Shown one piece after another: positions 1 through 10,123 of a DNA stretch of 64,000 nucleotides. The stretch is from an uncultured candidate division Zixibacteria bacterium (GTDB lineage: Bacteria > Zixibacteria > MSB-5A5 > UBA10806), in NCBI GenBank assembly GCA_963817915.1, contig CAWFQL010000017.1, forward strand, positions 64,001-128,000. The letters run 5' to 3'. Each line of letters opens with the position of its first letter. The first letter of the stretch is position 1. Under the pieces are notes generated by a model. That model did no database searches. It was not told the DNA's origin and saw only the letters and a program-made list of their open reading frames with translations. The position numbers were made by a program, and so were the translations under genes.

Positions 1-1844
1 CCGATTGCGGTTCCACGACTACCAAAGCTATACTTATAGAATATCACGATGGCGAATATCGGCTGATCGTGCGCGGCGAGGCCCCTACCACAGTCGAGGC
101 GCCATTCGAGGATGTCACCATGGGTGTCCTCAATGCTATTGGTGAAGTGGAAGAGCTTTCCGGACGAAAAATACTCGATGAGAATAATAAAATTATTTCG
201 CCTGCCACCGACGGCACTGGCAAAAAGATAGGCACCGACATATACGTATCAACCTCATCCGCTGGCGGCGGCTTGCAGATGATGGTCGCTGGTGTGGTTC
301 GCTCGATGACTGCCGAATCGGCCGAACGTGCCGCATTAGGTGCGGGCGCAATCGTTATGGATGTTATCGCATCCAATGACAAACGGCTTCCGCATCAGCA
401 GATCGAACGAATCCGACATCTGCGTCCTGATATGATTCTGCTTTCAGGCGGTATCGATGGCGGCACGACCACCCACGTAGTTGAATTAGCCGAATTGATT
501 TCGGCAGCGGATCCCAAGCCCCGTCTTGGCTCAGGTTATAAGCTGCCAATCATCTACGCCGGTAATAAGGAAGCCCGCGGCCCGGTCAAAGATTCATTGG
601 GCAATAAAACGAATTTAGATATAGTCGATAATCTCCGCCCGGTCCTCGAACGAGAAAACCTGCTCCCGGCCCGCGAAAAAATCCATGACCTATTCATGGA
701 GCATGTTATGGCGCAGGCTCCCGGATATCGCAGATTGATGGAATGGACCGATGCTCCCATCATGCCTACACCCGGCGCTGTCGGCCTTATTATTAAGCGT
801 GTCGCCGATGAGATGAAGATCGAAGCGGTTGGTGTCGATATCGGCGGAGCCACGACCGATGTGTTTTCGGTATTTCGTCCCGCAGACAAGCCTGAAGGCG
901 TCTTCAATCGAACCGTATCGGCAAATTTAGGCATGAGCTATTCGGTCTCCAATGTTTTCGCCGAGGCGACCTTGCCCAATGTCATGCGCTGGGTGCCATT
1001 CGATATGGATGAACGCGATCTGCGCAATCGTGTCAAAAATAAAATGATTCGTCCCACAACAATTCCGCAGATGCTTGAAGAACTGATTTTCGAACAGGCG
1101 ATTGCAAAAGAAGCGTTGAGGCTGGCCTTTATTCAGCATAAATCATTCGCCACCGAGCTCAAGGGTGTCCAACAGCAGAGAACCATCGCCGACGCCTTCG
1201 AGCAGACATCAGCCGGTGCGACATTGGTCAATATGATGACTCTCGATATTTTGATAGGTTCCGGTGGAGTGCTTTCACATGCCCCGCGCCGCCAGCAATC
1301 GGCCTTGATGCTTATCGACGCTTTCCAGCCCGAAGGTATCACTCGTCTGGCCGTTGATTCCATTTTCATGATGCCTCAGCTCGGCGTGCTTTCGGTGGTT
1401 CATTCCAAAGCGGCGACCGAAGTGTTCAACAAAGATTGTCTGATTCATCTCGGCAGCTGTGTCGCGCCATCGGGCGAGGGCGGCAAGGAAGGCCGCGAGA
1501 TGATGGATTATAAAATCGAATTCCCCGACGGCAAAGTCGAACAAGGCAAACTGATGTACGGCCAGATGAAACGATTCCCATTGGGAATAGGCCCCGATTC
1601 ATTGCCGCTCAAGGCCAAGGCGACACTCAATCCCGGACGTGCTTTCGATCTCGGCAAGGGGAAAGGCGCTGGATTTACTACCGAGCTTTCCGGCGGCGTT
1701 ACCGGTATTATTCTCGATGGGCGCGGGAGGCCGTTCGACCTGCCGACCGATCCCAAGATAAGGGTCGCCAAGCTCAAGGAGTGGATGATCGAACTTGATA
1801 TCTACCCCAAAGAGGGATTAGAGCATATCACGAAGCAGTACTAA
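1..1844 (+). CDS. Glutamate mutase L (GlmL/MutL-like reactivating ATPase family) protein, 5'-truncated by the window edge
   Basis: Frame is open from position 3: DCGSTTTKAILIE (ASKHA phosphate-1 motif). Also TSSAGGGLQM, LLSGGIDGG, VDIGGATTDVFS and GSGGVLSHAP motifs. Confidence 0.85.
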   Translation, partial: DCGSTTTKAILIEYHDGEYRLIVRGEAPTTVEAPFEDVTMGVLNAIGEVEELSGRKILDENNKIISPATDGTGKKIGTDIYVSTSSAGGGLQMMVAGVVRSMTAESAERAALGAGAIVMDVIASNDKRLPHQQIERIRHLRPDMILLSGGIDGGTTTHVVELAELISAADPKPRLGSGYKLPIIYAGNKEARGPVKDSLGNKTNLDIVDNLRPVLERENLLPAREKIHDLFMEHVMAQAPGYRRLMEWTDAPIMPTPGAVGLIIKRVADEMKIEAVGVDIGGATTDVFSVFRPADKPEGVFNRTVSANLGMSYSVSNVFAEATLPNVMRWVPFDMDERDLRNRVKNKMIRPTTIPQMLEELIFEQAIAKEALRLAFIQHKSFATELKGVQQQRTIADAFEQTSAGATLVNMMTLDILIGSGGVLSHAPRRQQSALMLIDAFQPEGITRLAVDSIFMMPQLGVLSVVHSKAATEVFNKDCLIHLGSCVAPSGEGGKEGREMMDYKIEFPDGKVEQGKLMYGQMKRFPLGIGPDSLPLKAKATLNPGRAFDLGKGKGAGFTTELSGGVTGIILDGRGRPFDLPTDPKIRVAKLKEWMIELDIYPKEGLEHITKQY

Positions 1845-1850
1845 ACTGAC

Positions 1851-1885
1851 AAGCCGCCGGATTGAAAATGAAGGCGGCTTTTTTT
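1851..1885 (+). terminator. Rho-independent terminator
   Basis: AAGCCGCC...GGCGGCTT stem followed by a T-run, just after the stop at 1844. Confidence 0.8.
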
Positions 1886-1893
1886 AATTTTGT

Positions 1894-2516
1894 TGCGTGT
1901 CAAAGCTTGCTTTGACCGCAACCTTTAAGCCATGAAAAGAAGAAGAAATTTAATAGATGATTCAATTAATCCGATTTTTATTACCACCACTATTACAAAT
2001 TGGATCCCAGTGTTTGGAATTAATGATCTATGCCTTGAAGCACTCCAAATCTTCAACAAGCAATGCGAGGAACTGAAGACAAAGGTCTTCGCCTATGTTT
2101 TAATGCCGAATCATTTTCATTGTATTATTCAATCATCTAACAAGGGTGATGTCTCTTTATTAATGCAGAGATGGAAAAGCCTAACCGCAAGAAAGATTAT
2201 CGCATATTGTTTACACAACAAACGTGATTGGTTGAATAGATTTGCTAATGCGGCAGGCAAATACAAAAGGCAAAAAGATGAGTCTTATCAGGTATGGTTG
2301 CCTAGGTTTGACGATTTCGCTATCAGGGATGAAGATCAATTTCTAACCAAACTCAATTATATTCATGGCAATCCTTTGAAGCATAATTTAGTCGATGAGT
2401 GTAGTAAATATAAATTCAGTAGTTTCTCGAACTATCATGGTGGAGATAATTCCTATATTAAAATTACAAAATTCAGGGAGTAGTTGGATTGCGGTCGAAG
2501 TAAACTTCGACACGCA
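1894..2516 (+). mobile_element. RAYT locus (REPtron): transposase gene between inverted REP hairpins
   Basis: tgcgtgtcaaagcttgctttgaccgca (1894-1920) and inverted tgcggtcgaagtaaacttcgacacgca (2490-2516) flank an AT-rich HUH transposase gene. Confidence 0.85.
1932..2483 (+). CDS. REP-associated tyrosine transposase (Y1 HUH family)
   Basis: FITTTI N-terminus, HUH motif YVLMPNHFH, WLPRFDDFAIRD, catalytic Tyr motif YIHGNP, YKFSS tail. Confidence 0.9.
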   Translation: MKRRRNLIDDSINPIFITTTITNWIPVFGINDLCLEALQIFNKQCEELKTKVFAYVLMPNHFHCIIQSSNKGDVSLLMQRWKSLTARKIIAYCLHNKRDWLNRFANAAGKYKRQKDESYQVWLPRFDDFAIRDEDQFLTKLNYIHGNPLKHNLVDECSKYKFSSFSNYHGGDNSYIKITKFRE

Positions 2517-2526
2517 ATAAAGAATT

Positions 2527-2561
2527 CTAACCCCAAACCCCACTTCTCATAGGAGAGGGGA
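2527..2561 (+). repeat. Degenerate C-rich/G-rich palindromic repeat (CCCTCTCC...GGAGAGGG type)
   Basis: ctaaccccaaaccccacttctcataggagagggga; single copy in the window. Confidence 0.4.
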
Positions 2562-2607
2562 GAGTCACATTCGCTTGTTGTGGTGAGGTAATTAATGAAA
2601 GGATATT

Positions 2608-3045
2608 ATGAAATGGATCACACGTTCTAATGTCAAAGTCGATCGGGTTGCGTGCCCATGGCTGATAAAAAAAATCATCGACCCCAAGGCCGAATTCATC
2701 TTTGTGCCTAAGGAGCAGGTTATGGAAACAGCCGCGAAAGAGGGCGCGATCCCATACGACTACCCCGATGTGGAATTAGGGCATCACGAAGGCAAATGCA
2801 GTTTCGAGGCGATTGTGGCGAAATATCAGATCAAAGACCCGGCGATTCTAATGCTGGCGCAGATCGTGCATGGCGCCGATGTCTCCAATGATTTATATGG
2901 CCGCCCGGAGGCTCCCGGCCTGGAGGCGATCGCCCATGGTTTCGCCATGTTAGGTTTGAAGGATGATCACGAGATTCTAGCGAAGGAGTTTATTGTTTAC
3001 GATGCTCTCTACGCCTATTGCCAAAAAAAGATAAGCGAAAAATAA
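2608..3045 (+). CDS. Chromate resistance ChrB-domain protein
   Basis: MKWITRSNVKVDRVACPWLI, HHEGKCSFE and YDALY motifs; AGGA RBS. Confidence 0.85.
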   Translation: MKWITRSNVKVDRVACPWLIKKIIDPKAEFIFVPKEQVMETAAKEGAIPYDYPDVELGHHEGKCSFEAIVAKYQIKDPAILMLAQIVHGADVSNDLYGRPEAPGLEAIAHGFAMLGLKDDHEILAKEFIVYDALYAYCQKKISEK

Positions 3046-3055
3046 TAATATATAA

Positions 3056-3252
3056 TGCGAGTCAGGGCTTGCCCTGACCGCCCCAAACCTGTCATTCCGC
3101 ATCCGTCGGTCGCCGGACTGAAGACAGCTTGACGCGGAATCCAGTCACATTATCGTCGGGTCAGGCGACCCGACGACATTAATTGGGTGGCAGTCGTACT
3201 CGACTGCCCCGAAGATAAGACGCCTTAGGGGCAGCCAGGGATGGCTGCCGCC
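3056..3252. repeat. Mixed palindromic repeat cluster between convergent genes
   Basis: RAYT-type REP (3056-3082), GTCATTCC...GGAATCC element (3091-3142), gtcgggtcaggcgacccgac hairpin, and two GGCAG..CTGCC hairpins. Confidence 0.8.
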
Positions 3253-3271
3253 CAGCGGTACAAGATTTCTT

Positions 3272-3691
3272 TTACACCAATTTCGCGTTCAGTTTTATTT
3301 CAACAGCCGCTAATGCCTGCGAGACCGGGCATCCCTTCTTGGTGGCCTCAGCGATTTCCATAAACTTCTTGTTGTCGATGCCCGGGACATTGGCGACTGT
3401 GTCGAGCTCAATCAATGTAATCTTGAATCCTTCGGGAAGTTTATCCAGATACACCTTTGCTGTCGTCGTCACATTCTTGGGTGTGAATCCGGCTGTAGCC
3501 AGCCCGTGCGACAACGCCATCGAATAGCATCCGGCGTGCGCGGCGGCGATCATTTCCTCGGGATTGGTGCCCTTGCCATTCTCGAAACGTGATGTGAATG
3601 AATACGCGCCCTCGAAACCTCCGAATTTCACTGTCCCTTTGCCCTGGGGTAGATTCCCCTCCCATACCGCATTACCTGTTCGAATCAGCAT
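3272..3691 (-). CDS. osmC: OsmC family peroxiredoxin
   Basis: YSFTSRFE, GTNPEEMIAAAHAGCYSMALS and CPVSQAL, with both catalytic Cys. Confidence 0.92.
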   Translation of the reverse strand: MLIRTGNAVWEGNLPQGKGTVKFGGFEGAYSFTSRFENGKGTNPEEMIAAAHAGCYSMALSHGLATAGFTPKNVTTTAKVYLDKLPEGFKITLIELDTVANVPGIDNKKFMEIAEATKKGCPVSQALAAVEIKLNAKLV

Positions 3692-3741
3692 AATTATCTC
3701 CTTGTTTTCTGAATCATATAATCATTTTTCCATAGAGTCAA

Positions 3742-3767
3742 AACCTTAATATGGAGCAGGAGGTTCC
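3742..3767 (-). promoter_or_regulatory. Putative ECF sigma promoter GGAAC-N18-GTT upstream of osmC
   Basis: Minus strand ggaac-ctcctgctccatattaag-gtt; same architecture at 31209 and 35570. Confidence 0.55.
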
Positions 3768-3795
3768 TGAAAGGGCACGATGCGAAATCTACCCA

Positions 3796-4079
3796 AAGCT
3801 TGTCATTCCGCACTTGTTGCGGAATCTTGCGTGATATATTTTCGGTTTTGAAATCTATTATTTGTATTCGAGCATATGAATTTAGATTCCCGCATTCGCG
3901 GGAATGACAATGTGGGGAAGCTTGTCATTCCGCACTTGTTGCGGAATCTTGCGTGATATATTTTCGGTTTTGAAATCTATTATTTGTATTCGAGTATATG
4001 AATTTAGATTCCCGCATTCGCGGGAATGACAATGTGGGGAAGCTTGTCATTCCGCACTTGTTGCGGAATCTTGCGTGAT
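3796..4079. repeat. 122-bp tandem repeat (about 2.3 copies) of paired GTCATTCC/dRS3-like palindromes
   Basis: aagcttgtcattccgc recurs at 3796, 3918 and 4040; the two full units differ at one base. Confidence 0.95.
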
Positions 4080-4426
4080 CCTTTTCAGTCGAAAAAAAAT
4101 TACAATTCATCATATAAGTCATTCCATTGAGGATTAGACCTTTCAATTGTATTGATCTTCCATTGTCTCCGCCATTTCTTCATACGTTTTTCCCGTTGGA
4201 TCGCCGAATACACATCTTCGGTTGCTTCGAAATATACAAGTTTATGAATATGATACCTTTTTGTAAATCCATCAAAAAGGCCATTCTTATGCTCGTATAC
4301 TCGTCTTTTAAGATCGTTGGTCATTCCAACATATAAAATGCCATTTTTAGCGCTTGCCATTATGTAAATGTAATAGGTTTTCGTATAGCCAAATAAAATT
4401 AGATTCCCGCATTCGCGGGAATGACA
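4045..4426 (-). mobile_element. Putative GIY-YIG-carrying palindrome-bounded element
   Basis: The TGTCATTCC...GGAATGACA ends of the 109-bp mini units here enclose only a GIY-YIG gene. Confidence 0.55.
4100..4384 (-). CDS. Small stand-alone GIY-YIG nuclease (start codon uncertain)
   Basis: YYIYI...LYVGMTNDLKRRVYEHK, FTKRY, AIQREKRMKKWRRQWK and NPQWNDLY. The expected start position is ACG at 4384. Confidence 0.85.
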   Translation of the reverse strand, partial: TKTYYIYIMASAKNGILYVGMTNDLKRRVYEHKNGLFDGFTKRYHIHKLVYFEATEDVYSAIQREKRMKKWRRQWKINTIERSNPQWNDLYDEL

Positions 4427-4465
4427 AGGTAGCAAAACCTGTCATTCCGCATTTATTGCGGAATC
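4402..4465. repeat. dRS3-like palindrome plus GTCATTCC palindrome
   Basis: gattcccgcattcgcgggaatgac (4402-4425) and gtcattccgcatttattgcggaatc (4441-4465). Confidence 0.9.
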
Positions 4466-4471
4466 TATCTG

Positions 4472-4834
4472 TCACTGTATCCTGATCGGATTTCCGGAGC
4501 CTCTGAAAATAAAATACGCGGCCGCAACCAGGCACAAAGTCGCCCAGAGAAAATCGGTCTTGATCTGCTCTTTCATATAAACAATCGAGAATATCGCGAA
4601 AACACACATCGTAATAATTTCCTGAATCACCTTCAATTGCCCGAGCGAGAAATGCTCACGTCCGATACGATTTGCCGGCACCTGCAGGCAGTATTCGAAA
4701 AACGCCACTCCCCAACTGAGGATAATTACAAAATATAATGGTTTGCTCCGAAAATCCTTCAGATGCCCATACCAGGCATATGTCATGAATAGATTCGAAA
4801 AAGATAGCAATACTATGGTTGTCAGCCCAGTCAT
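4472..4834 (-). CDS. Small DMT-superfamily membrane protein
   Basis: SNLFMTYAWYGHL, SWGVAFFEYCLQVPANRIG and QLKVIQEIIT; four hydrophobic segments. Confidence 0.85.
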   Translation of the reverse strand: MTGLTTIVLLSFSNLFMTYAWYGHLKDFRSKPLYFVIILSWGVAFFEYCLQVPANRIGREHFSLGQLKVIQEIITMCVFAIFSIVYMKEQIKTDFLWATLCLVAAAYFIFRGSGNPIRIQ

Positions 4835-4939
4835 ATGTTGTCCTCCAAGTTATTGCGGGATAATTCAAATCTGATAAAATTCGTTTTATTAGCGAATTTG
4901 GATTGCTGTTTTCGCGGGAATGACAGACAACTTGTCTGC

Positions 4940-5836
4940 CGCCTTGATATGGTCTTGCTTTAAACTTAATAGTAAATCACCACTTAGATTGCTGTATTGC
5001 GTCCCAATATTGGTTAGAATGAATCTTCGTTTTTGAAATCGATATAGAATTGGTCTTTACCTTTAATATTCGAGGGCCAATAAGCTACTCAAATAAGCTA
5101 TCTACAAGATCCATCCTGTTCGCATAAAGCATAATTGAAAATTACACGGATAAAATCAGTCGAGGGAAATAAATTTCTTTTGCTAGGGGGTCGTAGTCAG
5201 CTGTTTGTGCTATCATAGGTATTCCAATATAACGCAAATCCTCGGCCGCTCTATTCACTATATAATTCGAAAATTGAAAATTAGCTATTCTGTATTTTTT
5301 GCCGTCCCATTTCCAGATTTGCAGAGGGTGGGGGATTCTGCGCGTTGTTTCTTCCAACAAGTGAACCAGGTATCATAAAATATGATCTCGGGAATCGAGT
5401 CCGTATCCAAATCCGCAAAATCAACATGTGCTCGATCAAAAAATCGACTATCCTTAATTACAATAGAATCGCCCACAGAATAGACATATACATCAGCGCA
5501 GCAATGCTGGCCCCCGTCATTACATTGGAAAATAATTTCCTTTATTCCATCGGAATCAATATCACGACAATACTGATGTTGGATTCCAGATGAGCGGTTT
5601 TCATTGAAGTCGTAAAGCCTAACGAATTCATCCTGTATGTGCTTAATTATTGTATCTCCATTAATTATTTTGAGATCATAAGGAAAAAGCCGTTCGTCAT
5701 AAATTCGGCGATAACTTAAGAATCCGGTATAATTATCTATATTAAAAGTATCTACTGCAACTGTCTTAAAATCAAAATATCATTGTTGATGGATCAAAGC
5801 AGGAAACCAAGATCATAAGTGTAGTATTATTGTCAT
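4940..5836 (-). pseudogene. Frameshifted hypothetical exported protein with DxDxDG-type motifs (boundaries approximate)
   Basis: Fragments join across frames: DIDSDGIKEIIF...GGQHCC...DLDTDSIPEIIF...AESP / HPLQIWKWDGKKY. Confidence 0.55.
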
Positions 5837-5894
5837 AAATCATATTTCCTACGCCGTCAGAAATCCCTTCCGACGGTGACGTTGGCCATTCTCC

Positions 5895-7208
5895 CTACTT
5901 CACCTTCGCGCCTATCATCTCCACCAACTCCGCGATTTTGTGACGGGTCTGCTGCATGCTGTCGCGCTCGCGGACTGTGACGGTATCATCCTGCAAGGTC
6001 TGGCCATCGACCGTGATGCAATACGGCGTGCCTGCCTCATCCATGCGTCTGTACCGACGGCCCACAGCGCCGCCATCATCGTAGAAGACTTTGAAATGCT
6101 TCTTGAGATCGTGATAAATTTTATCGGCTACTTCCGGCATGCCATCCTTTTTCACCAACGGGAACACGGCCGCCTTGATCGGCGCAATCTTCGGCGATAA
6201 CGCCAGAGATACCCGCTGTTCGCCCTTGACCTCTTCCTCGCGATAGGCATCGACCAGACATACCAGTGTCGAACGGTCGGCACCGGCCGAGGTTTCGATT
6301 ATAAAGGGAATATATTTCTCATTGGCTTCCTGATCGAAATAGCTCAAGTCCTTGCCGGACGCGTTGGCGTGGCGTGAGAGATCAAAGTCGGTGCGGTTAT
6401 GGATACCCTCGATCTCTTTCCATCCGAATGAAAACTCGTATTCGATATCATAAGCGGCCTTGGCATAATGAGCCAACTCGTCCTTGCCATGCTCATGCCA
6501 GCGAAGCTTCTGCGTATTGATGCCGATTTCGACATACCATTGCCAGCGCTGTTCTTTCCAATAGTCGAACCATTTCTGGTCTTCGGCGGGCTTGACAAAA
6601 AACTGCATCTCCATCTGCTCGAATTCGCGCGTGCGGAAAATAAAATTGCCGGGCGTGATTTCATTGCGGAAGGCCTTGCCGATCTGGGCAATCCCGAATG
6701 GCACTTTCTGGCGCGATGGCTGAAGGACATTGAGGAAATTAACATAAATTCCCTGAGCGGTCTCGGGGCGCATATAGACAATCGCCGTTTCATCCTCGAC
6801 CGGCCCCATGAACGTTTTGAACATCAGATTGAACATACGCGGCTCTGTCAGCTCGCCGCCGCAATCGGGGCAGGCCTTGGTATCGATCTGATCGGCTCTG
6901 AAACGATGCTTGCATTTTTTGCAATCGACCATCGGATCGGTGAAACCCGCTATATGTCCCGACGCTTCCCAGACCTTGGGATGCATTAGAATCGCGGCAT
7001 CGAGACCCTCGATATCATCGCGGCGGTGAGTCATCGCCTCCCACCAGAAACGTTTGATATTATTTTTCAATTCGACACCCAACGGGCCGTAATCCCAGCA
7101 TGAGCCGAGTCCGCCGTATATTTCGGATGATTGGAATACGAATCCGCGTCGTTTACAGAGCGATACGATTTTTTCCATCAATGGGTCGGTTGTGATTTTC
7201 TTTGCCAC
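5895..7208 (-). CDS. glyS: Glycine--tRNA ligase, homodimeric (alpha2) type
   Basis: [43 protein letters not shown], and anticodon domain [13 protein letters not shown]. Confidence 0.97.
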   Translation of the reverse strand: MAKKITTDPLMEKIVSLCKRRGFVFQSSEIYGGLGSCWDYGPLGVELKNNIKRFWWEAMTHRRDDIEGLDAAILMHPKVWEASGHIAGFTDPMVDCKKCKHRFRADQIDTKACPDCGGELTEPRMFNLMFKTFMGPVEDETAIVYMRPETAQGIYVNFLNVLQPSRQKVPFGIAQIGKAFRNEITPGNFIFRTREFEQMEMQFFVKPAEDQKWFDYWKEQRWQWYVEIGINTQKLRWHEHGKDELAHYAKAAYDIEYEFSFGWKEIEGIHNRTDFDLSRHANASGKDLSYFDQEANEKYIPFIIETSAGADRSTLVCLVDAYREEEVKGEQRVSLALSPKIAPIKAAVFPLVKKDGMPEVADKIYHDLKKHFKVFYDDGGAVGRRYRRMDEAGTPYCITVDGQTLQDDTVTVRERDSMQQTRHKIAELVEMIGAKVK

Positions 7209-7258
7209 GATTATCTCCTAAAGTAAGCGATTATTTTTCCATGTTAACGGCGCGTTGC

Positions 7259-7477
7259 GTCGGTTACGGCGACCCAACGCCACGAATCAAATGGTTTGAA
7301 ATTTGCGTGTCAGGGCTTGCCCTGACCGCAAAACATCATTCTCAGCGTCATTGCGAGGCCGCCAAAGGCGGCCGAAGCAATCTGTGGGTAGCCCATCCTT
7401 CAGATTGCTTCGTCGCCCGGCAGCTGCCGGACTCCTCGCAATGACCATGTCGGGCGAGGGAACCTCGCCTGACTACA
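7259..7477. repeat. Mixed palindromic repeat cluster
   Basis: RAYT-type REP at 7304-7330, long GTCATTGCGAG...CTCGCAATGAC element at 7347-7445, and gtcgggcgagggaacctcgcctgactac hairpin. Confidence 0.85.
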
Positions 7478-7500
7478 GGAATTTATCCAATCTTTCCACA

Positions 7501-8292
7501 TCATTCATGCCTGCCGAAATCGATCAAGGCCTCGAGGAATTTAAACGATTTCAGGTTGCGGGGCAAGCCCAGATGATACCCCGCGAATGATAATATCACC
7601 TCGGCCGCCTCTTTGCCGGTGCGTTTGTCTATGATAATATTCGCGATTTCGGTCAATGGCATGGATTCCATCTGATGCAGCAGTTTTAAAGCAGATTCGG
7701 AAATCATGGCCGTCGGTTCATCCGGCTCGATACATTTGACACAGATCAGCCCGCCTCGTTCGACCGAGATATGCGGCTTTTGGGATTTATCATTGAATTT
7801 TATCTCACTGCCGCATGATACACACGCGTTCAATTGCGGCGCGCAGCCTTCAATGGCAAGCAATCTCATCAACGCGCTCCAGAATAAAAGCCCCGATGAT
7901 TCCGATTTTGATAATTGCAGCGACTTGAAATACTCGAATGTCAACATGAATGTTTGCTGATGGGGTTCTTCGGCGTGCGATATTTTATCGAGTATCTCAC
8001 ACCAGGCCGAGGCGAAACCGTATTTGCGGGGATCGAATGTCAGTCCTCTAAAGTCTTCAATCAGCGATGCGCCGCTTATAATTCCGAGCTCTGTTGTCTC
8101 CTTTTTATAGAAATCGCCTTCAATCAGATTGAATAATTCAATTTTGCCCGTGAGCTTGGATTTTGGCTGAGAGATCCCCTTGGCGACTCCCTTAATTTTG
8201 CCAAGGTCTCTGGAGAAAAAAGTAACCACCCGGGAGGATTCCCCCATCCGGGTGGCTCGTATTATAAATGCCTCAATTTTGAAGCGGCTCAT
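7501..8292 (-). CDS. recO: DNA repair protein RecO
   Basis: ESSRVVTFFSRDLGKIKGVAKG OB-fold, Zn motif CVSC...CVKC, and LKSFKFL tail. Confidence 0.92.
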   Translation of the reverse strand: MSRFKIEAFIIRATRMGESSRVVTFFSRDLGKIKGVAKGISQPKSKLTGKIELFNLIEGDFYKKETTELGIISGASLIEDFRGLTFDPRKYGFASAWCEILDKISHAEEPHQQTFMLTFEYFKSLQLSKSESSGLLFWSALMRLLAIEGCAPQLNACVSCGSEIKFNDKSQKPHISVERGGLICVKCIEPDEPTAMISESALKLLHQMESMPLTEIANIIIDKRTGKEAAEVILSFAGYHLGLPRNLKSFKFLEALIDFGRHE

Positions 8293-8302
8293 CGGATGAA
8301 CA

Positions 8303-8665
8303 CTATCGTGCCCGAGCGGCTCTAACAGAATCGGTCGGCACGAATTGGATTACATTCTGATCCGGGCGGGCATAGCCGTATTTCTGGACAGCATATTTCT
8401 GGATATATTCGGGATCGTTTTTCATTTTATCGATTTCCCAGAGAGCATCCTGCCGTTCGAGCTTGAGAACAAGAATATCTTTCTCCAATTTTTCGATCTT
8501 TTTAGTCAATACCCACATCCTGAAAAATCCGAACTCTCCCCAGAAAAATGATATTGTCAGAAATACCACGGCCACGGTAATCGCGAACATTTTGAATTTT
8601 GATTTGAATCCGGGGCTTTTGACCCGATTGGAAAATCGTTTTGTAACTCTCGGATAATCCGCCAT
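8303..8665 (-). CDS. ftsB: Septum formation initiator, FtsB/DivIC family
   Basis: One TM helix, coiled coil, DPEYIQKYAVQKYGYARP motif; directly downstream of eno. Confidence 0.8.
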   Translation of the reverse strand: MADYPRVTKRFSNRVKSPGFKSKFKMFAITVAVVFLTISFFWGEFGFFRMWVLTKKIEKLEKDILVLKLERQDALWEIDKMKNDPEYIQKYAVQKYGYARPDQNVIQFVPTDSVRAARAR

Positions 8666-8669
8666 ATGT

Positions 8670-9980
<1,311 letters not shown>

Positions 9981-10000
9981 TCAATTTTTCTAACAATTCA

Positions 10001-10028
10001 ATTTTATCATCAATTATTGAATAGTCAA
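10001..10028 (-). promoter_or_regulatory. Sigma70-type promoter for eno
   Basis: TTGACT-N16-TAAAAT with a TG extended -10, minus strand. Confidence 0.55.
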
Positions 10029-10123
10029 TGGATTTTTGAAATCCAGTTTCTAAAGCGACCGTTATAGTTATCGGATGAAAAAAGTTAAAAGAGATTAATT
10101 ATATCTAAGGCAATCATTGCGGT

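Noticed and set aside
1932..2483. IS200/IS605 insertion sequence
   Set aside because: No tnpB, protein length and motifs fit RAYT, and the flanks are inverted REPs also dispersed elsewhere.
3796..4079. CRISPR array
   Set aside because: The intervening sequences are near-identical rather than unique spacers, two different palindromes alternate, and no cas genes are present.
5940..6989. Antisense and alternate-frame ORFs inside glyS, and similar ones throughout the track
   Set aside because: Shadow ORFs of well-supported genes.
7202..7590. ORFs 7202-7444 and 7303-7590
   Set aside because: They translate the REP cluster and have no RBS or recognisable motif.
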